From: Candidatus Brocadiaceae bacterium
GTDB taxonomy: Bacteria > Planctomycetota > Brocadiia > SM23-32
Assembly (NCBI GenBank): GCA_003551305.1
Contig: PUMJ01000156.1
Span: 27,325 to 91,324 of the forward strand
Reading direction: 5' to 3'
Length of the DNA stretch: 64,000 nucleotides
Shown here piece after piece: positions 19,352-30,035 of the stretch; the first letter of the stretch is position 1, and every line of letters begins with the position of its first letter. Under the pieces are notes generated by a model. The model ran no database searches. It was given only the letters and a program-made list of their open reading frames with translations, and was not told where the DNA came from. The position numbers and the translations under genes are program-made.

Positions 19352-19607
19352 CGGGCAGCCCCGATGCCGGTTTCTTTCATGCCCGGTTCGCCGCACGCCG
19401 AATGGAGGGCCTCTGCGATTGTGTGCGCCCGCATCCGGAACGACCTCCGCCCGGTCCTGCGGCCTCTGCGAGCGTCGAACCCGCCCGCCGGGTTGGAAAG
19501 CGTGCGTCGGGATTACCCCGTTCAAAGGCTCCGGGACCGGGACAGAACGCTCCTGTTTGGGGACTCCCGGAAGTCGCCCCGCGCCACGTCTGAGGCGGCC
19601 GCTCCGC

Positions 19608-20639
19608 TCAGCCGACCTCCAGGACGATCTTGCCGAACTGCTCGCCGGCTTCCAGGCGTCGGCTCGCCTCGCGCACATCGGCCAGCGGAAAGACGCTGTC
19701 AACCACGGGTTCGAACCGGCTGACCTCGATGGCGCAGAGCATGTCGTGCAGCTCGGCGTCGGAGCCGAGGGTGGAGCCCATCACGGTGAGCTGGTTCCAG
19801 TAGATCGCCTGCAGGTCGGTCGGGGCCTCGGCCCCGGTGGTGACGCCGCAGGTCACGACGCGGCCTCCCCGCCGCACCACCTGCAGGTCCACCGCCCAGG
19901 TGGCCGCGCCCACGGAGTCGAACACCACGTCCACGCCGCGTTCCCCGGCCAGTTGACGGACACGGGCCGCCAGGTCGCCCACGGAGCGGTAGTTGATCGT
20001 CTCGTCGGCGCCGAGTTCGCGGGCCCGGGCGAGCTTCTCGTCGGAGGAGGAAGTCACGACGGCGCGGGCCCCGGCCATCCGCACAAACTGCAGGGCGGCC
20101 AGCGCCACCCCGCCGCCGATGCCGTGTATCAGCACCGTCTCCCCCGGCCGGATGCGGGCCCGCGTGAACAGCATCCGCCAGGCGGTCAGGTAGGCGACGC
20201 CGAGGGCGGCGGCCGGCGCGAAGTCGAGGTGCTCCGGCACGGGCGCCACGCAGCGAGCGGGCACGGCGGTCTTCTCGGCGAAGGTGCCCGGCCTGTGCAT
20301 GCCGACGATGCCGAAGTCCCGGCACAGGCTGTGCCGCCCCTCCCGACAGAAGCGGCAATGCCCGCAGGCGAGCCCCGGGTTGACGATGACGGGCTCCCCC
20401 ACCTCGAGCCCGGCCACGCCCGGCCCGAGGGCGCTGACGAGACCGGCGGCGTCGCTGCCCGGCACATGGGGCCACTGCAGTTCCTGGCGCCCTCCCCGCC
20501 GGACCCAGATGTCCAGGTGGTTGAGCGCGGCGGCTTTCACGTCCACCAGCACTTCCCCGGCGGCGGGTTCCGGGTCGGGCACTTCCTCCAGTCGGATGAC
20601 GTCGGGTTCACCATGCTCGCGGATAACGGCGGCTTCCAT
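19608..20639 (-). CDS. zinc-binding MDR alcohol dehydrogenase/quinone oxidoreductase
   Basis: LNHLD, GSDAAG, CGHCRFC...C structural Zn site, GIGGGVA, FGKIVL. Confidence 0.9.
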   Translation of the reverse strand: MEAAVIREHGEPDVIRLEEVPDPEPAAGEVLVDVKAAALNHLDIWVRRGGRQELQWPHVPGSDAAGLVSALGPGVAGLEVGEPVIVNPGLACGHCRFCREGRHSLCRDFGIVGMHRPGTFAEKTAVPARCVAPVPEHLDFAPAAALGVAYLTAWRMLFTRARIRPGETVLIHGIGGGVALAALQFVRMAGARAVVTSSSDEKLARARELGADETINYRSVGDLAARVRQLAGERGVDVVFDSVGAATWAVDLQVVRRGGRVVTCGVTTGAEAPTDLQAIYWNQLTVMGSTLGSDAELHDMLCAIEVSRFEPVVDSVFPLADVREASRRLEAGEQFGKIVLEVG

Positions 20640-20819
20640 CGGCGCGGCCCTCCGGGTCAGAGATGAGCAAGAATGTAGCTGGTTGTTGCGAGGTAAGAGC
20701 TTTGCGATGAGGGCGGAGGCGTCCCTACCCCGTCGTCTTCTCGATCTGCTCCCTTCCCTGCAAGTCCGGTGAAGCGCCAGGGCTGCGCGCGGCAGATCGG
20801 GCGGCCCCCCTGTCGCGCT

Positions 20820-21905
20820 CTATTCGGATGACTTGAGCCCCCCTCCCGGCGTGCCGGGCACACCGGGCAGCTTCGTCAGGGGCGTCAGGCTGGCGTTCGG
20901 CCTATGGCCGAGCGCTTCCAGCAGGTTGCGCCCCAGGCGGCTGCGCACCTCCTCGGCGGTGTTCTCTTCATCCAGTGGGATGCGGCCGCCGGCCACCATG
21001 CCGTGGCCGCCGGCCAATTGCGTGCTGCCGACAACGCAGCAGACAAGCTGCCCGGCGCAGGCGTCCGGCTCCCGGGTGCGCAGGGACAGCACCAGCTCAC
21101 CACCATAGCAACCGGTGCAGAGCACCCACGTGATTCCCTGCACGTCCATCAGCATGTCGGCCATCTCCGCCACGGTTTCGGCGATGCTGACGTCGGGGAT
21201 GTGGCAGATGAGGACGTCTTCGAGGACGCCGGCGGCGCTGATGGCCTGCTGCAGGTCGGCGAAGAAGGCCGGCGTGCGGCGAGGGTGGTGCAGTCGGCCC
21301 AGCAGGGGCTGGTTCGAGACGGGGAACGCCTGCAGGTAGGCGGCGATGTCGGCCTCGGCGGCCTCCCGCCCCAGGTCCTGCGTCTCGCTGCTGATGCCGT
21401 AGCAGATGGCGGTGGCGAGGCGCGGGTCCAGTTCGAGGCCGGCGCTGACCAGGTACTCCGTCGCGATGGTGGTGACGGCGCCGTAGTCCGGCCGGATGTC
21501 CACCAGGCCGGCTTCGATTCCGGTGGGCTGCTCGTGATGGTCCAGCACGGCGACCACACGGGCGTCCGGCGGCAGGGAGTTGTTGCCGAAGCCGGGCTGG
21601 GTGTCCACCGTTATGAAGACGTCATCGTGGCGGAACTTGATATTACCCACTGACCAGAGGGGTATCTCCAGCGCCTCCACCATGTGGCGGTTTTCCGCCC
21701 GCCCGATCAGCCCCCCGTAGGCGATGCGGGGCCTGGCCGGGCCGAGCGCCGCGACCAGGAAGGAGAGGCAGAGCGCCCCGGCCATCGAGTCGGGGTCGGG
21801 ATTGTCGTGCGTGAAAATCAACACGCGCGGAGCGTCCTCGATCAGTTTCGTAAGGCTTTCTACCTGCCGGGCGCTGGAAGGGAGCTGCGGCCTGTCGTGG
21901 TGCAC
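20820..21905 (-). CDS. DHH family phosphoesterase (NrnA-like)
   Basis: THDNPDPDS, VDTQ, LDHH, GGHGMVAGG. Confidence 0.88.
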   Translation of the reverse strand: MHHDRPQLPSSARQVESLTKLIEDAPRVLIFTHDNPDPDSMAGALCLSFLVAALGPARPRIAYGGLIGRAENRHMVEALEIPLWSVGNIKFRHDDVFITVDTQPGFGNNSLPPDARVVAVLDHHEQPTGIEAGLVDIRPDYGAVTTIATEYLVSAGLELDPRLATAICYGISSETQDLGREAAEADIAAYLQAFPVSNQPLLGRLHHPRRTPAFFADLQQAISAAGVLEDVLICHIPDVSIAETVAEMADMLMDVQGITWVLCTGCYGGELVLSLRTREPDACAGQLVCCVVGSTQLAGGHGMVAGGRIPLDEENTAEEVRSRLGRNLLEALGHRPNASLTPLTKLPGVPGTPGGGLKSSE

Positions 21906-21920
21906 TGGAATGCCTCCTTT

Positions 21921-22838
21921 TCATCCGCGGCACCGCCCCCCGGCGGCGCTCCTGCGGCTCTCCGAGGGTCGGTGCGTCAGGCTCACCGTGAACTTCTCGA
22001 CCATGTGATGGGGGTGGTAGCTCTCTTTGGCTTTGCGCAGGCCGGGGATGCCGAGGTCCTGTTCGCGGTTGACGAACTCGAACGCGCCCAGGCTCTCACG
22101 GCAGAACCACTGGTTTACCACCTGATAGAGGCCGTTGAAGCGACTCATGGCCTTCTCGAAGTGGACGACCGCCGTCTGCGGGTTCAGCCTCCCGCCGATG
22201 GTGTAGGCTTCCAGTCGGCCTTCAATGCGGACGGCCCCGCCCATCAGGTCGAGTTCCTTGTAGTGGAGCAGCGTCTGGCGGATGGCCCTGTACTCGGCGC
22301 ACAGGCCCCTGCGCTCCCGGCAGTTACGTTCGTCACACCATCGTTCCTGCAGTTCGGCAACCTCCTCCAGGATGTCCGGCGTTATCTCGCACCAGGAGCA
22401 GTCATGGGCGGCGAGGCACTGGTTGACCAGGTTCCGCTGGCGATGGTAGCGGTTGCCCGCCAGTTCGGCCAAATCTTCGCGCCGGTAAACGTAGTCGGCG
22501 TTGTCCCGGTCGGATTCGGGCTCGAAGCCTTCGGCCTCGAGGGCTTCGGCGGCGGGGGCCGGCAGCCGCTCCGCGCGAGAAACGTCGGCGCGGGCCAGCT
22601 CCTCCAGCAGCTCCGCCGGGGATGCCTCACCCAGGGGCGGCCCCAGCAGGGCCCGCCGGCCGTCCTGCTCGCTCAGGAAGACGAGGCAGCCCTGCGACTT
22701 GCCGAGCAGCACGGGCCGGTGGTGTCTCCAGGCGAACAGGTTTACAAAGGTGTGTTCCGATATCTCCGGCGGGTAGCGGCGCAGGCGGTCGCTGACGAGC
22801 GACAGGTGATCAAGCGAGATGGGTTCCCGGTCGGCCAT
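21921..22838 (-). CDS. DUF2156 protein (aminoacyl-phosphatidylglycerol synthase C-terminal-like, soluble)
   Basis: SEHTFVNLFAW, DYVY...LAGNRYH, HFEKA, VNREQDLGIPGLRKAKESYHP. Confidence 0.88.
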   Translation of the reverse strand: MADREPISLDHLSLVSDRLRRYPPEISEHTFVNLFAWRHHRPVLLGKSQGCLVFLSEQDGRRALLGPPLGEASPAELLEELARADVSRAERLPAPAAEALEAEGFEPESDRDNADYVYRREDLAELAGNRYHRQRNLVNQCLAAHDCSWCEITPDILEEVAELQERWCDERNCRERRGLCAEYRAIRQTLLHYKELDLMGGAVRIEGRLEAYTIGGRLNPQTAVVHFEKAMSRFNGLYQVVNQWFCRESLGAFEFVNREQDLGIPGLRKAKESYHPHHMVEKFTVSLTHRPSESRRSAAGGRCRG

Positions 22839-22848
22839 GGGGGCTCCT

Positions 22849-24927
22849 TCAGCTATCAGACAACAGGGCGGCGAGTTGCTCCAGCAGTTGCTCGGGCGAG
22901 TGGACGGGCCGCTGACAGGCTCCCCCGGAGCAGAGATATGCGGCGGGGCGCCCGGCGGCCTCCTTGCCCTGCAGGATGGGGACTTCGGCGGCGGCCTGCT
23001 GCACCTGTCCCGGCGCGGCACCGGCCCGGGCCAGGTGCGGCATATAGTGCCGGTCGGCGGCCTTGCTGAGCGCGCCGGCGGGCGGCTCTATGAGCACGAG
23101 TTCGTGCGGCTCGGCCATGCGGCGCAGGACGGCCGAGAGCAGGTTGCCCGTGGCGGTCGGACTGCGCTCCATCAGGCCGGCCGTCCTCTCCAGCATCTGC
23201 TCGGCCAGTCCCGCTCCGCTTTCCTCGTAACCGAGCGCGCGCAGCCGCAGGAACACATGACAGGCCGCCGAGGCGCCGGAGGGGACGGGCTCGTCGTTCA
23301 GGTCAGTCCCCGTGCCCATTATCTTCTCGTGCGCGGGCCCTATCTCCCGCAATAGACCGCGGTCTTCGTCCCAGAAGTCTTCCACCATGCGGGCGGCGAG
23401 CCGGCGGGCCTGGCTCAGGTGATCGAGTTCGAACGTACACTCGTAGAGGTCCAGCAAGGCGCCCGCCATCAGCGCGCAGTCGGCGAGGAACGCCGGCACG
23501 CCGCAGGGGCCGTCGCGCCAGGCGTGTCCGAGGCGGCCTTCCCGGTCGGTGTTGCCCAGAACGAAGGCGGCCGCCTGCAGGGCCGCCTGCAGGTAGTCGG
23601 TCTCGGCCGTGGCACGGTAGAGCCGCGTCAGGGCGCTGACCGCCAGGCCGTTCCAGTCGGTCAGGACCTTTTCGTCCAGGGCGGGCGGCACGCGCCGGCG
23701 CCGTCTCTGGAGTAGTAGCTCCGAGGCTTCGGCTATGATCTCGCGCGCCTCATCCTCGCTGACGCCCTCGAGCTGGTCGGGCGGCACGGCGCGATAGAGG
23801 ACGTTGAGCCCTTCTTCCCAGTTGCCCTCGCGCGTGGCCCCGAAATGGCGGGCCACCACCGCCCCCTTCTCGCGTCCCAGGCAGTCCATCAACTCCCGCC
23901 AGGTCCATGCGTAGTAGCGGCCCTCGATGCCCTCGCTGTCGGCGTCCCGCGCGCAGCAGAAGGCGCCGTCGGGATGCCTCAACTCCTCCAGCATGCAGCG
24001 GGCCGCTGCCCGCGCGGTCTGCAGGTAGTCGGGGCGGTCGAACGCGCGGGACGCGTCGGCATAGAGGGCGGCGAGCTGGGCGTTATCGTAGAGCATCTTC
24101 TCGAAATGCGGCACACGCCACCACCGGTCCACGGCGTAGCGATGGAAGCCGCCCCCCACCTGGTCACAGAAGCCGCCGGCCTGCATGTTGTCCAGCGTCA
24201 TGGTCAGCATCAGGCGGGCTCGCTCGTCGCCGGTGGCGTGCCACAGCCGCAGCAGCCAGTCCAGCACGGGGCTCTGGGGGAACTTCTGCCCGGTGCCCAG
24301 GCCGCCGGCCTTCAGGTCGAACCGCGAGGCGATCTCGCGCAGGGCGCTCTCCAACAGGGCCGGGCCCAGGCCATCCTCGGGCGCCGGCGGCACCAGCTCC
24401 TCGCTGACGGCCTCGCGCACGTCCCCGGCGGTGGCGCTGACGTCCTCGCGGCGGTTGTCCCATGCCTCCCGCACGGACCTGAGCACGCGGGGAAAGCCGG
24501 GCCGCTCGCCGCGGTCCTCGGGCGGGAAGTAGGTGCCGCCGTAGAAAGGGACCAGCTCGGGCGTCAGAAACACCGTCAGGGGCCAGCCGCCCGAGCCGGT
24601 CATCATCTGCACCGCCCGCATGTAGACCCTGTCGAGGTCCGGCCTCTCCTCGCGGTCCACCTTGATGTTGACGAAGTTCTCGTTCATCAGGCGGGCGATC
24701 TCGGGGTCCTCGAAGCACTCCCGCTCCATCACGTGACACCAGTGGCAGGCCGAATAGCCGATGCTCAGCAGGATGGGTTTGTCCGCCTCGCGGGCCTTGT
24801 GGAGGGCCTCGGGGCCCCAGGGATACCAGTCCACGGGATTGTGGGCGTGCTGCCGCAGGTAGGGGCTGGCGCAGTCTATGAGGCGGTTGGGGGGCCGCGA
24901 CTCGCTGGTCCGGTCTTTATCGGTCAT
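22849..24927 (-). CDS. YyaL/SSP411 thioredoxin-domain protein
   Basis: [47 protein letters not shown]. Confidence 0.93.
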   Translation of the reverse strand: MTDKDRTSESRPPNRLIDCASPYLRQHAHNPVDWYPWGPEALHKAREADKPILLSIGYSACHWCHVMERECFEDPEIARLMNENFVNIKVDREERPDLDRVYMRAVQMMTGSGGWPLTVFLTPELVPFYGGTYFPPEDRGERPGFPRVLRSVREAWDNRREDVSATAGDVREAVSEELVPPAPEDGLGPALLESALREIASRFDLKAGGLGTGQKFPQSPVLDWLLRLWHATGDERARLMLTMTLDNMQAGGFCDQVGGGFHRYAVDRWWRVPHFEKMLYDNAQLAALYADASRAFDRPDYLQTARAAARCMLEELRHPDGAFCCARDADSEGIEGRYYAWTWRELMDCLGREKGAVVARHFGATREGNWEEGLNVLYRAVPPDQLEGVSEDEAREIIAEASELLLQRRRRRVPPALDEKVLTDWNGLAVSALTRLYRATAETDYLQAALQAAAFVLGNTDREGRLGHAWRDGPCGVPAFLADCALMAGALLDLYECTFELDHLSQARRLAARMVEDFWDEDRGLLREIGPAHEKIMGTGTDLNDEPVPSGASAACHVFLRLRALGYEESGAGLAEQMLERTAGLMERSPTATGNLLSAVLRRMAEPHELVLIEPPAGALSKAADRHYMPHLARAGAAPGQVQQAAAEVPILQGKEAAGRPAAYLCSGGACQRPVHSPEQLLEQLAALLSDS

Positions 24928-25616
24928 GACTCCTGCCCGTCTGCCCGCGTGGACTCGCGCAGTATCTGCACCGCCTCCCGGTCCGTCAGGTCTCGCCAGC
25001 GGCGGTAGAACGACGCCACCGCGAAGGGCCCCGGTCCCTGCGCCCTGAGGCAGTAGATTTCGTCCACCTCCGGTTCTATCCGGCGAAGCGTTCGTTCCGG
25101 GGCGGCCGGCGCCGCCACCGCCAAAGCGGCGGGGCCCGTGCGGCGCACCTCGCCCACGGCGGCCCGCATGGTGACTCCGCTGGCCAGCCCGTCATCCACC
25201 AGCACCACCCGGCGCCCCGTGAGGGATGCCCACGGCCGGACCTCCTCAAAGGCGTGCCCGCGTCTACGCAGATCCTCCAGCACCTCCTCCATTATGGCCT
25301 CGATCCGCTCCGGCGTCAGACCCGCCCGCTCAACCAGGGGCTCGTTCAGCACGAGTTCTCCTTCGAGCGTGACGGCGCCGAAACCGGCCTCCGGGGAGAC
25401 GGGCAGCGGCAGCTTGCGCACCAGGACCACGTCCAGCGGTGCCCCGAAGCGCTCGGCCACCGGGACGGCCACGGCCACGCCGCCGCTGGGCACGGCGATG
25501 ACGACCTCGGGCGAGGCCCCCTCGCGGTCCATGAACTCGGCCAGGGCCCGGCCGGCCTCGGCGCGGTCGTCGAAGTCAGGGCGCGGCCCGGCGACCATCT
25601 CCGCCACGTGATGCAT
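24924..25616 (-). CDS. phosphoribosyltransferase family protein
   Basis: [25 protein letters not shown] loop [12 protein letters not shown]. Confidence 0.88.
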   Translation of the reverse strand: MHHVAEMVAGPRPDFDDRAEAGRALAEFMDREGASPEVVIAVPSGGVAVAVPVAERFGAPLDVVLVRKLPLPVSPEAGFGAVTLEGELVLNEPLVERAGLTPERIEAIMEEVLEDLRRRGHAFEEVRPWASLTGRRVVLVDDGLASGVTMRAAVGEVRRTGPAALAVAAPAAPERTLRRIEPEVDEIYCLRAQGPGPFAVASFYRRWRDLTDREAVQILRESTRADGQES

Positions 25617-25647
25617 CCTCGACTCCCCCTTTTCGTGAGCGCTCAGG

Positions 25648-26667
25648 TCAACCGAGTACGAGCGGCAGCCGCCGTCCGCACTCCGGGCACCGCGGTTCGG
25701 TGATGCCCACCTTCGGCCGGGCGAAACCCCTGCGCCGCACCAGCACTCGGCCGCAGTCCGGGCAGCGCGTGTTCTGGCCCTCGGCCGTCATCACGTTGCC
25801 CAGGTATATGTAGTGCAGGCCCGCCTCTCGACCGAGCTCGAACGCCCGCTCCATCGTCTCGATGGGCGTGGCGGGCAGCGCGGTCTCCTGGTAGTCGGGG
25901 CGAAACCGGGAAATGTGCCAGGGCATCTCGGGCGAGACGCCCGCGATAAAGCCGGCGATGCCGCGCAACTGCTCCTCCTCGTCGTTCTGTCCCGGCACCA
26001 CCAGCGTTGTCACCTCCACGTGGATGCCGGCTTCGTGCATGAGTCGGATGGCGTCCAGCACCGGCTGCAACTCCGCCCGGCAGAAGTGGCGGTAGAACTC
26101 ATCGCTGAACGCCTTCAGGTCCACGTTGGCGGCGTCTATGAGGCCGGCCATCGCCTCGACAGCCTCCGGCGACTGGTAGCCGTTGGTGACGAACACGTTC
26201 TTGAGGCCCTGCTCGCGCGCCAGCCTGGCGCAGTCGAGAGCGTACTCCATGAAGATCGTCGGCTCGGTGTAGGTGTAGGCGATGCTGGCGGCGCCCTCGC
26301 CCCGAGCACGCCGGACGACCTCCTCCGGTTCGACATACCCCAACGACTCGAAGGCCGGGCCGGCATCCACCTGGGAGATGCGCCAGTTCTGGCAGAACGA
26401 GCAGCGGAAGTTGCACCCGGGCGTGGCGATCGAGTAGGAACTTGTGCCGGGCAGCACGTGGTAGAGCGGTTTCTTCTCGATGGGGTCCAGTTGCTCGGCG
26501 ATCAGGCGGCCGTAAGTGTGCGTGTAGAGGTCGCCGCCCCGGTTCTGGCGCACGCGGCAGAACCCGCGTCCGCCCGGGGCGACGTGGCAGCGGTGGCTGC
26601 ACAGGTGACAGTCCACCTTCCCGTCGTCGGCCGCGCGGTAGAACCTGGCCTTGACGCCGCCCTTCAT
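25648..26667 (-). CDS. amrS: AmmeMemoRadiSam system radical SAM enzyme
   Basis: CHLCSHRC...CRVR, DPIEKKPLYH, GCNFRCSFCQNW, YTYTEPT, NVDLKAF, C-terminal CxxC pairs. Confidence 0.9.
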   Translation of the reverse strand: MKGGVKARFYRAADDGKVDCHLCSHRCHVAPGGRGFCRVRQNRGGDLYTHTYGRLIAEQLDPIEKKPLYHVLPGTSSYSIATPGCNFRCSFCQNWRISQVDAGPAFESLGYVEPEEVVRRARGEGAASIAYTYTEPTIFMEYALDCARLAREQGLKNVFVTNGYQSPEAVEAMAGLIDAANVDLKAFSDEFYRHFCRAELQPVLDAIRLMHEAGIHVEVTTLVVPGQNDEEEQLRGIAGFIAGVSPEMPWHISRFRPDYQETALPATPIETMERAFELGREAGLHYIYLGNVMTAEGQNTRCPDCGRVLVRRRGFARPKVGITEPRCPECGRRLPLVLG

Positions 26668-27188
26668 CCGGCCCCGACCTCCCGGGCCGCCGCCAGGGCC
26701 GCCTCGTAGTCGGGGTGGTCGGTCACCTCCGGGACCAGTTCCTTGTACGCTACCCGGCCCTCCCCGTCTATCACCCACACCGAGCGGGCCAGCAGGCGGA
26801 CCTGCTCGATGAGCACGCCGTAGCGCATCCCGAATTCCGAGAAGACGTGGTCGGAGAGCACCCGGATGCGGTCCACCCCCTCGGCCCCGCAGAAGCGCGC
26901 CAGCGCGGGTGGCAGGTCCTGGCTGATGGCTATCACGGCGACGCCGTCCGGCAGAGCGGATGCCTCCTCGTTGAACCTCTGCGTCTGCACCGCGCAGAGG
27001 TCGGTGTCCACGCTGGCGGCCGCGCTGATGAGGACGACTTTGCCCTCGAAGTCGCGCAGATGGACATGGTTCCACTCGCGGTCAACGGCGATGAACTCCG
27101 GCGCCCGGTCTCCGACCTGAAGATCGGGTCCGAGCAGCGTAACCGGTTCACCCTCCAGCGTGACGGCCCCTTCTCGTTTCTCGACCAT
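26664..27188 (-). CDS. tpx: thiol peroxidase
   Basis: SVDTDLCAVQTQRFN, SQDLPPALARFCG, LLARS, HPDYEAAL. Confidence 0.9.
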   Translation of the reverse strand: MVEKREGAVTLEGEPVTLLGPDLQVGDRAPEFIAVDREWNHVHLRDFEGKVVLISAAASVDTDLCAVQTQRFNEEASALPDGVAVIAISQDLPPALARFCGAEGVDRIRVLSDHVFSEFGMRYGVLIEQVRLLARSVWVIDGEGRVAYKELVPEVTDHPDYEAALAAAREVGAG

Positions 27189-27354
27189 TGCTCCTTACCC
27201 CCTTTTGAAGTCGGTCTGTCCCGCCCGCAAACTCCCGGGCTCGCCGCAGGCGGGCCGGCGGGCTTCAGGCGAGGCTCCGGCAGTGTGAGCCCCTCCGTCC
27301 AGCGGACCAACTTGTGCCCAGCGGCGGCGGCCCCCGGCTCGCGGGCTGGTGCTC

Positions 27355-28434
27355 TCAGTAGCCGTAGTCAGCGCTCACGCCGCTGCCCATCGGCTTGGCG
27401 TCCGGCTCTATGAGTTGCCTGGCTTCGTCGGTCAATGCGCTGAACTTGTGCCACCAGGGCTTGCTGACCTTCTCGGCCAGGCCCTTTATCTGGCGCATCC
27501 TGGGCAGTGCTATGCAGGCGAAGGACCGCTCCAGCGAGTCCAGGTCCGCGGTCTCTGGCACGGTGAAAGCTTCTTTGAAGTAGGCCCTGCCGCACATGGG
27601 CCCGGCGAACAGGTCGCTGACCAGCGCGTACTGGGCGGCGTATTGCTCGAAGTCCACCGCCGCGCTCAGAAGCAGCATGGGGCGGTCCACGATCGAGTAC
27701 ATGGTGACCGCTGCGCTGCGGACCTCGTCCGGCGAGCTTATCCGCTCGATGGCGCCGTCCTTGTTCTCGATCCAGAGCACGGGCACCTGGGTCTTGTAGA
27801 AGTGGCCCAGGGGGCCGAAGTCCTCGGCCATGCGCACGACGCCGTCGGGCAGGCGGCGCGCCATCTCGGCCTTGCTCTCTGCGGGCCGCTGGGCGATGAG
27901 CGTCTCGTTGAACAGCGGCTTGCCCAGTTCACAGCAGGTCTCGAACACGCCCTGGAGCCACTCCAGGTTACGCTGCCAGCTTTCCTCGTGGTCGGGGTCC
28001 AGCTTGACCAGGGTCTTGAAGCCGTCAACGCGCTCGGCCACCTCCTCGGGCTGGACGGCCAGTTGGGCCAGCTGGCCGCGCCCGCCGTCAATTTCGACGG
28101 TGTTGGTGTCCTCCAGCCGGCCGATCAGCATGGTCTTATCGCCGAGCAACTCGCGAAAGCCCGGGCTCAGGTAGGCCAGGTGGTTGAACAGGGCCGCCGA
28201 CGGCACGCCCCCCAGGGCGCGGGCGAAGCGGCGGCAGATGTCGCGCACGTCGTCGTCGGTCGCCTCGCGTTCCTCGCCCACGTGCTGCAGGTAGGAGCCG
28301 AACAGCCGCAGATACGAGCTGTGCTGGTCGGAGGCGAACACGTCCAGCGTGCCCCCCGGCGCGAAGCGCGCCAGCACGCGGAAGACCTCTTCGCTCACAC
28401 CCGTCCCGTCCTCGAACTGCGCCCATTGCGTCAT
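27355..28434 (-). CDS. class I aldolase, LacD/YihT (tagatose-bisphosphate/sulfofructose-phosphate) family, divergent
   Basis: ASDQH, FKTLV, FNET, YKTQVP (Schiff-base Lys), LSAAV, CGRAYF. Confidence 0.7.
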   Translation of the reverse strand: MTQWAQFEDGTGVSEEVFRVLARFAPGGTLDVFASDQHSSYLRLFGSYLQHVGEEREATDDDVRDICRRFARALGGVPSAALFNHLAYLSPGFRELLGDKTMLIGRLEDTNTVEIDGGRGQLAQLAVQPEEVAERVDGFKTLVKLDPDHEESWQRNLEWLQGVFETCCELGKPLFNETLIAQRPAESKAEMARRLPDGVVRMAEDFGPLGHFYKTQVPVLWIENKDGAIERISSPDEVRSAAVTMYSIVDRPMLLLSAAVDFEQYAAQYALVSDLFAGPMCGRAYFKEAFTVPETADLDSLERSFACIALPRMRQIKGLAEKVSKPWWHKFSALTDEARQLIEPDAKPMGSGVSADYGY

Positions 28435-28522
28435 CGGCACTCACCTCTTCTTCGTCGAAAGCAACAGCATGTTACGAGGGCCGTCCGTCCGTCGGACCAC
28501 CCGACCCGGAGGGCTGCCCCGG

Positions 28523-28963
28523 TCAGGTTATGACGATCTTCCTGACGCCCTCACGCTTCTTTTTCGGCATCGTTACCGTCAGGACGCCGTCCTCGTAGCG
28601 GGCGCCGGTGGCGTCGGCATCAACATCCACCGGCAGGTGGATGATGCGGTGGAAGTCGCCGACGGCGCGCTCGCGGTAGTAGGGCTCCGCCCCCTCGGCC
28701 ACCTCGGAAGGCGGCCGGGAGCCTTCGACGAGAAGGTGCTGTTCCCTGAGCGAGACGGAGACATCCCGCCCCTCCATGCCGGGCAGATCGAGCTGCACGA
28801 CGATCCGGTCATCGCAGTCGTAGATGTCCACGGCCGGATGCCAGAGCCCCTCACGGCTCACAGGCAGCACGGGGCCGCCCATCATGCGGCGCCACATCTC
28901 GCCCATACGCTCTTCGAGACTCGGCTCGTCCGGCCTGGCGTCACGAACAGGTATCTTGGCCAT
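28523..28963 (-). CDS. Hsp20 small heat-shock protein
   Basis: PAVDIY, DLPGM, ER..GDFHR, ARYEDGVLTVTMPK, C-terminal IxI. Confidence 0.92.
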   Translation of the reverse strand: MAKIPVRDARPDEPSLEERMGEMWRRMMGGPVLPVSREGLWHPAVDIYDCDDRIVVQLDLPGMEGRDVSVSLREQHLLVEGSRPPSEVAEGAEPYYRERAVGDFHRIIHLPVDVDADATGARYEDGVLTVTMPKKKREGVRKIVIT

Positions 28964-29020
28964 CGTTGCCCCCCCGTAGATGTGATGACCGCCGGCCCGG
29001 CGGACCGGCGGTCGCTCTGG

Positions 29021-29209
29021 TTATTCCTCCACCACGATTATGGCCTCTGTCGGGCATTCTTCGACCGATTGCATGACGGCTTCTTCGTGCTCCTCGGGCA
29101 CCTCGTCCACGATGACTTCGGCGAACTCATCCCCCATAACGAAAACCTCGGGGCAGGTGTCCTCGCACAGTCCGCAAAGAATGCAATCTTCGTTGATCTC
29201 GACCTTCAT
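29021..29209 (-). CDS. ferredoxin (single 4Fe-4S)
   Basis: CILCGLC...CPEVF...CPTEAI. Confidence 0.9.
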   Translation of the reverse strand: MKVEINEDCILCGLCEDTCPEVFVMGDEFAEVIVDEVPEEHEEAVMQSVEECPTEAIIVVEE

Positions 29210-29384
29210 CGCTGCTCCTCGCAAGCAGTTTCAGGAATGAAATGACAAAGCAATCTGTCCTCTGGGGTTAGGCAAACAGTCACCTGCCCCTCTCAGATAC
29301 CGACCCGCGGGCCGAATGTCAAGCAAACACCGCCCGAAATCGAACGGATCCGCTCGGGTTCACGCCGCATCCCCCGCGATTTCC

Positions 29385-30035
29385 TCACCGCCGCTCGGGG
29401 CGCATCTCCATCAGCGCACCCAGGATAGCACTATTGAACATCGGAATATCATCCGGCACGCGGGACGTGACGAGGTTATCGTCCATGACGACGGGTTCAT
29501 CGAGGTATTCGGCGCCGGCCTCGCGCAGTTCGTCAGCTATACCGCTGACGCCTGTGACGGTTCGGCCTTCGAGCACGCCGGCGGTCACGAGCACCTGCGG
29601 CCCGTGGCAGATGGCGGCGACAAGTTTGCCGGACTCGACGAAGGCCCGTGCGAACTCGACCGCCGGTTCATGCTCACGCAACACCCCCGGCCCATGCCCA
29701 CCGGGCAGAATGAGGCCGTCAAACTCCTCGACGCTCGCATCGGCCACGGCCATCTCGATCTGCACGGTCTGGTCGCTGTTGTACGCCGTCACCTCACCGA
29801 CCGCGGGGCCGATGATGACCGTCTGCGCCCCCTGGTCTTCCAGATACTCCTTCGGCCTCAGTGTCTCGCCGTCGTGGAAACCTTCGGCCACCATGATGGC
29901 CACGCGCACGCCCTCCAGCATCTGCACCGGCTCCGGCGGCGTCGGAGGCTCCACAACCGGCTCTTCCGGGCAACCCGTACCGACCAGGACCACGGCCAAC
30001 ATCACGACACATACCAGCACGGACAGAGGTCTCAT
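29385..30035 (-). CDS. PfpI/DJ-1 family protein with signal peptide / lipoprotein-like N-terminus
   Basis: GFHDGE, LILPGG, AICHGP, TSRVPDD; N-terminal hydrophobic stretch ending VGTGC, then a Pro-rich linker. Confidence 0.88.
   Translation of the reverse strand: MRPLSVLVCVVMLAVVLVGTGCPEEPVVEPPTPPEPVQMLEGVRVAIMVAEGFHDGETLRPKEYLEDQGAQTVIIGPAVGEVTAYNSDQTVQIEMAVADASVEEFDGLILPGGHGPGVLREHEPAVEFARAFVESGKLVAAICHGPQVLVTAGVLEGRTVTGVSGIADELREAGAEYLDEPVVMDDNLVTSRVPDDIPMFNSAILGALMEMRPERR

Noticed and set aside
29215..29330. Hairpin-containing leader upstream of ferredoxin as a riboswitch
   Set aside because: No recognisable riboswitch consensus; only a candidate promoter (TTGACA-17-TATCTG) and a weak stem.
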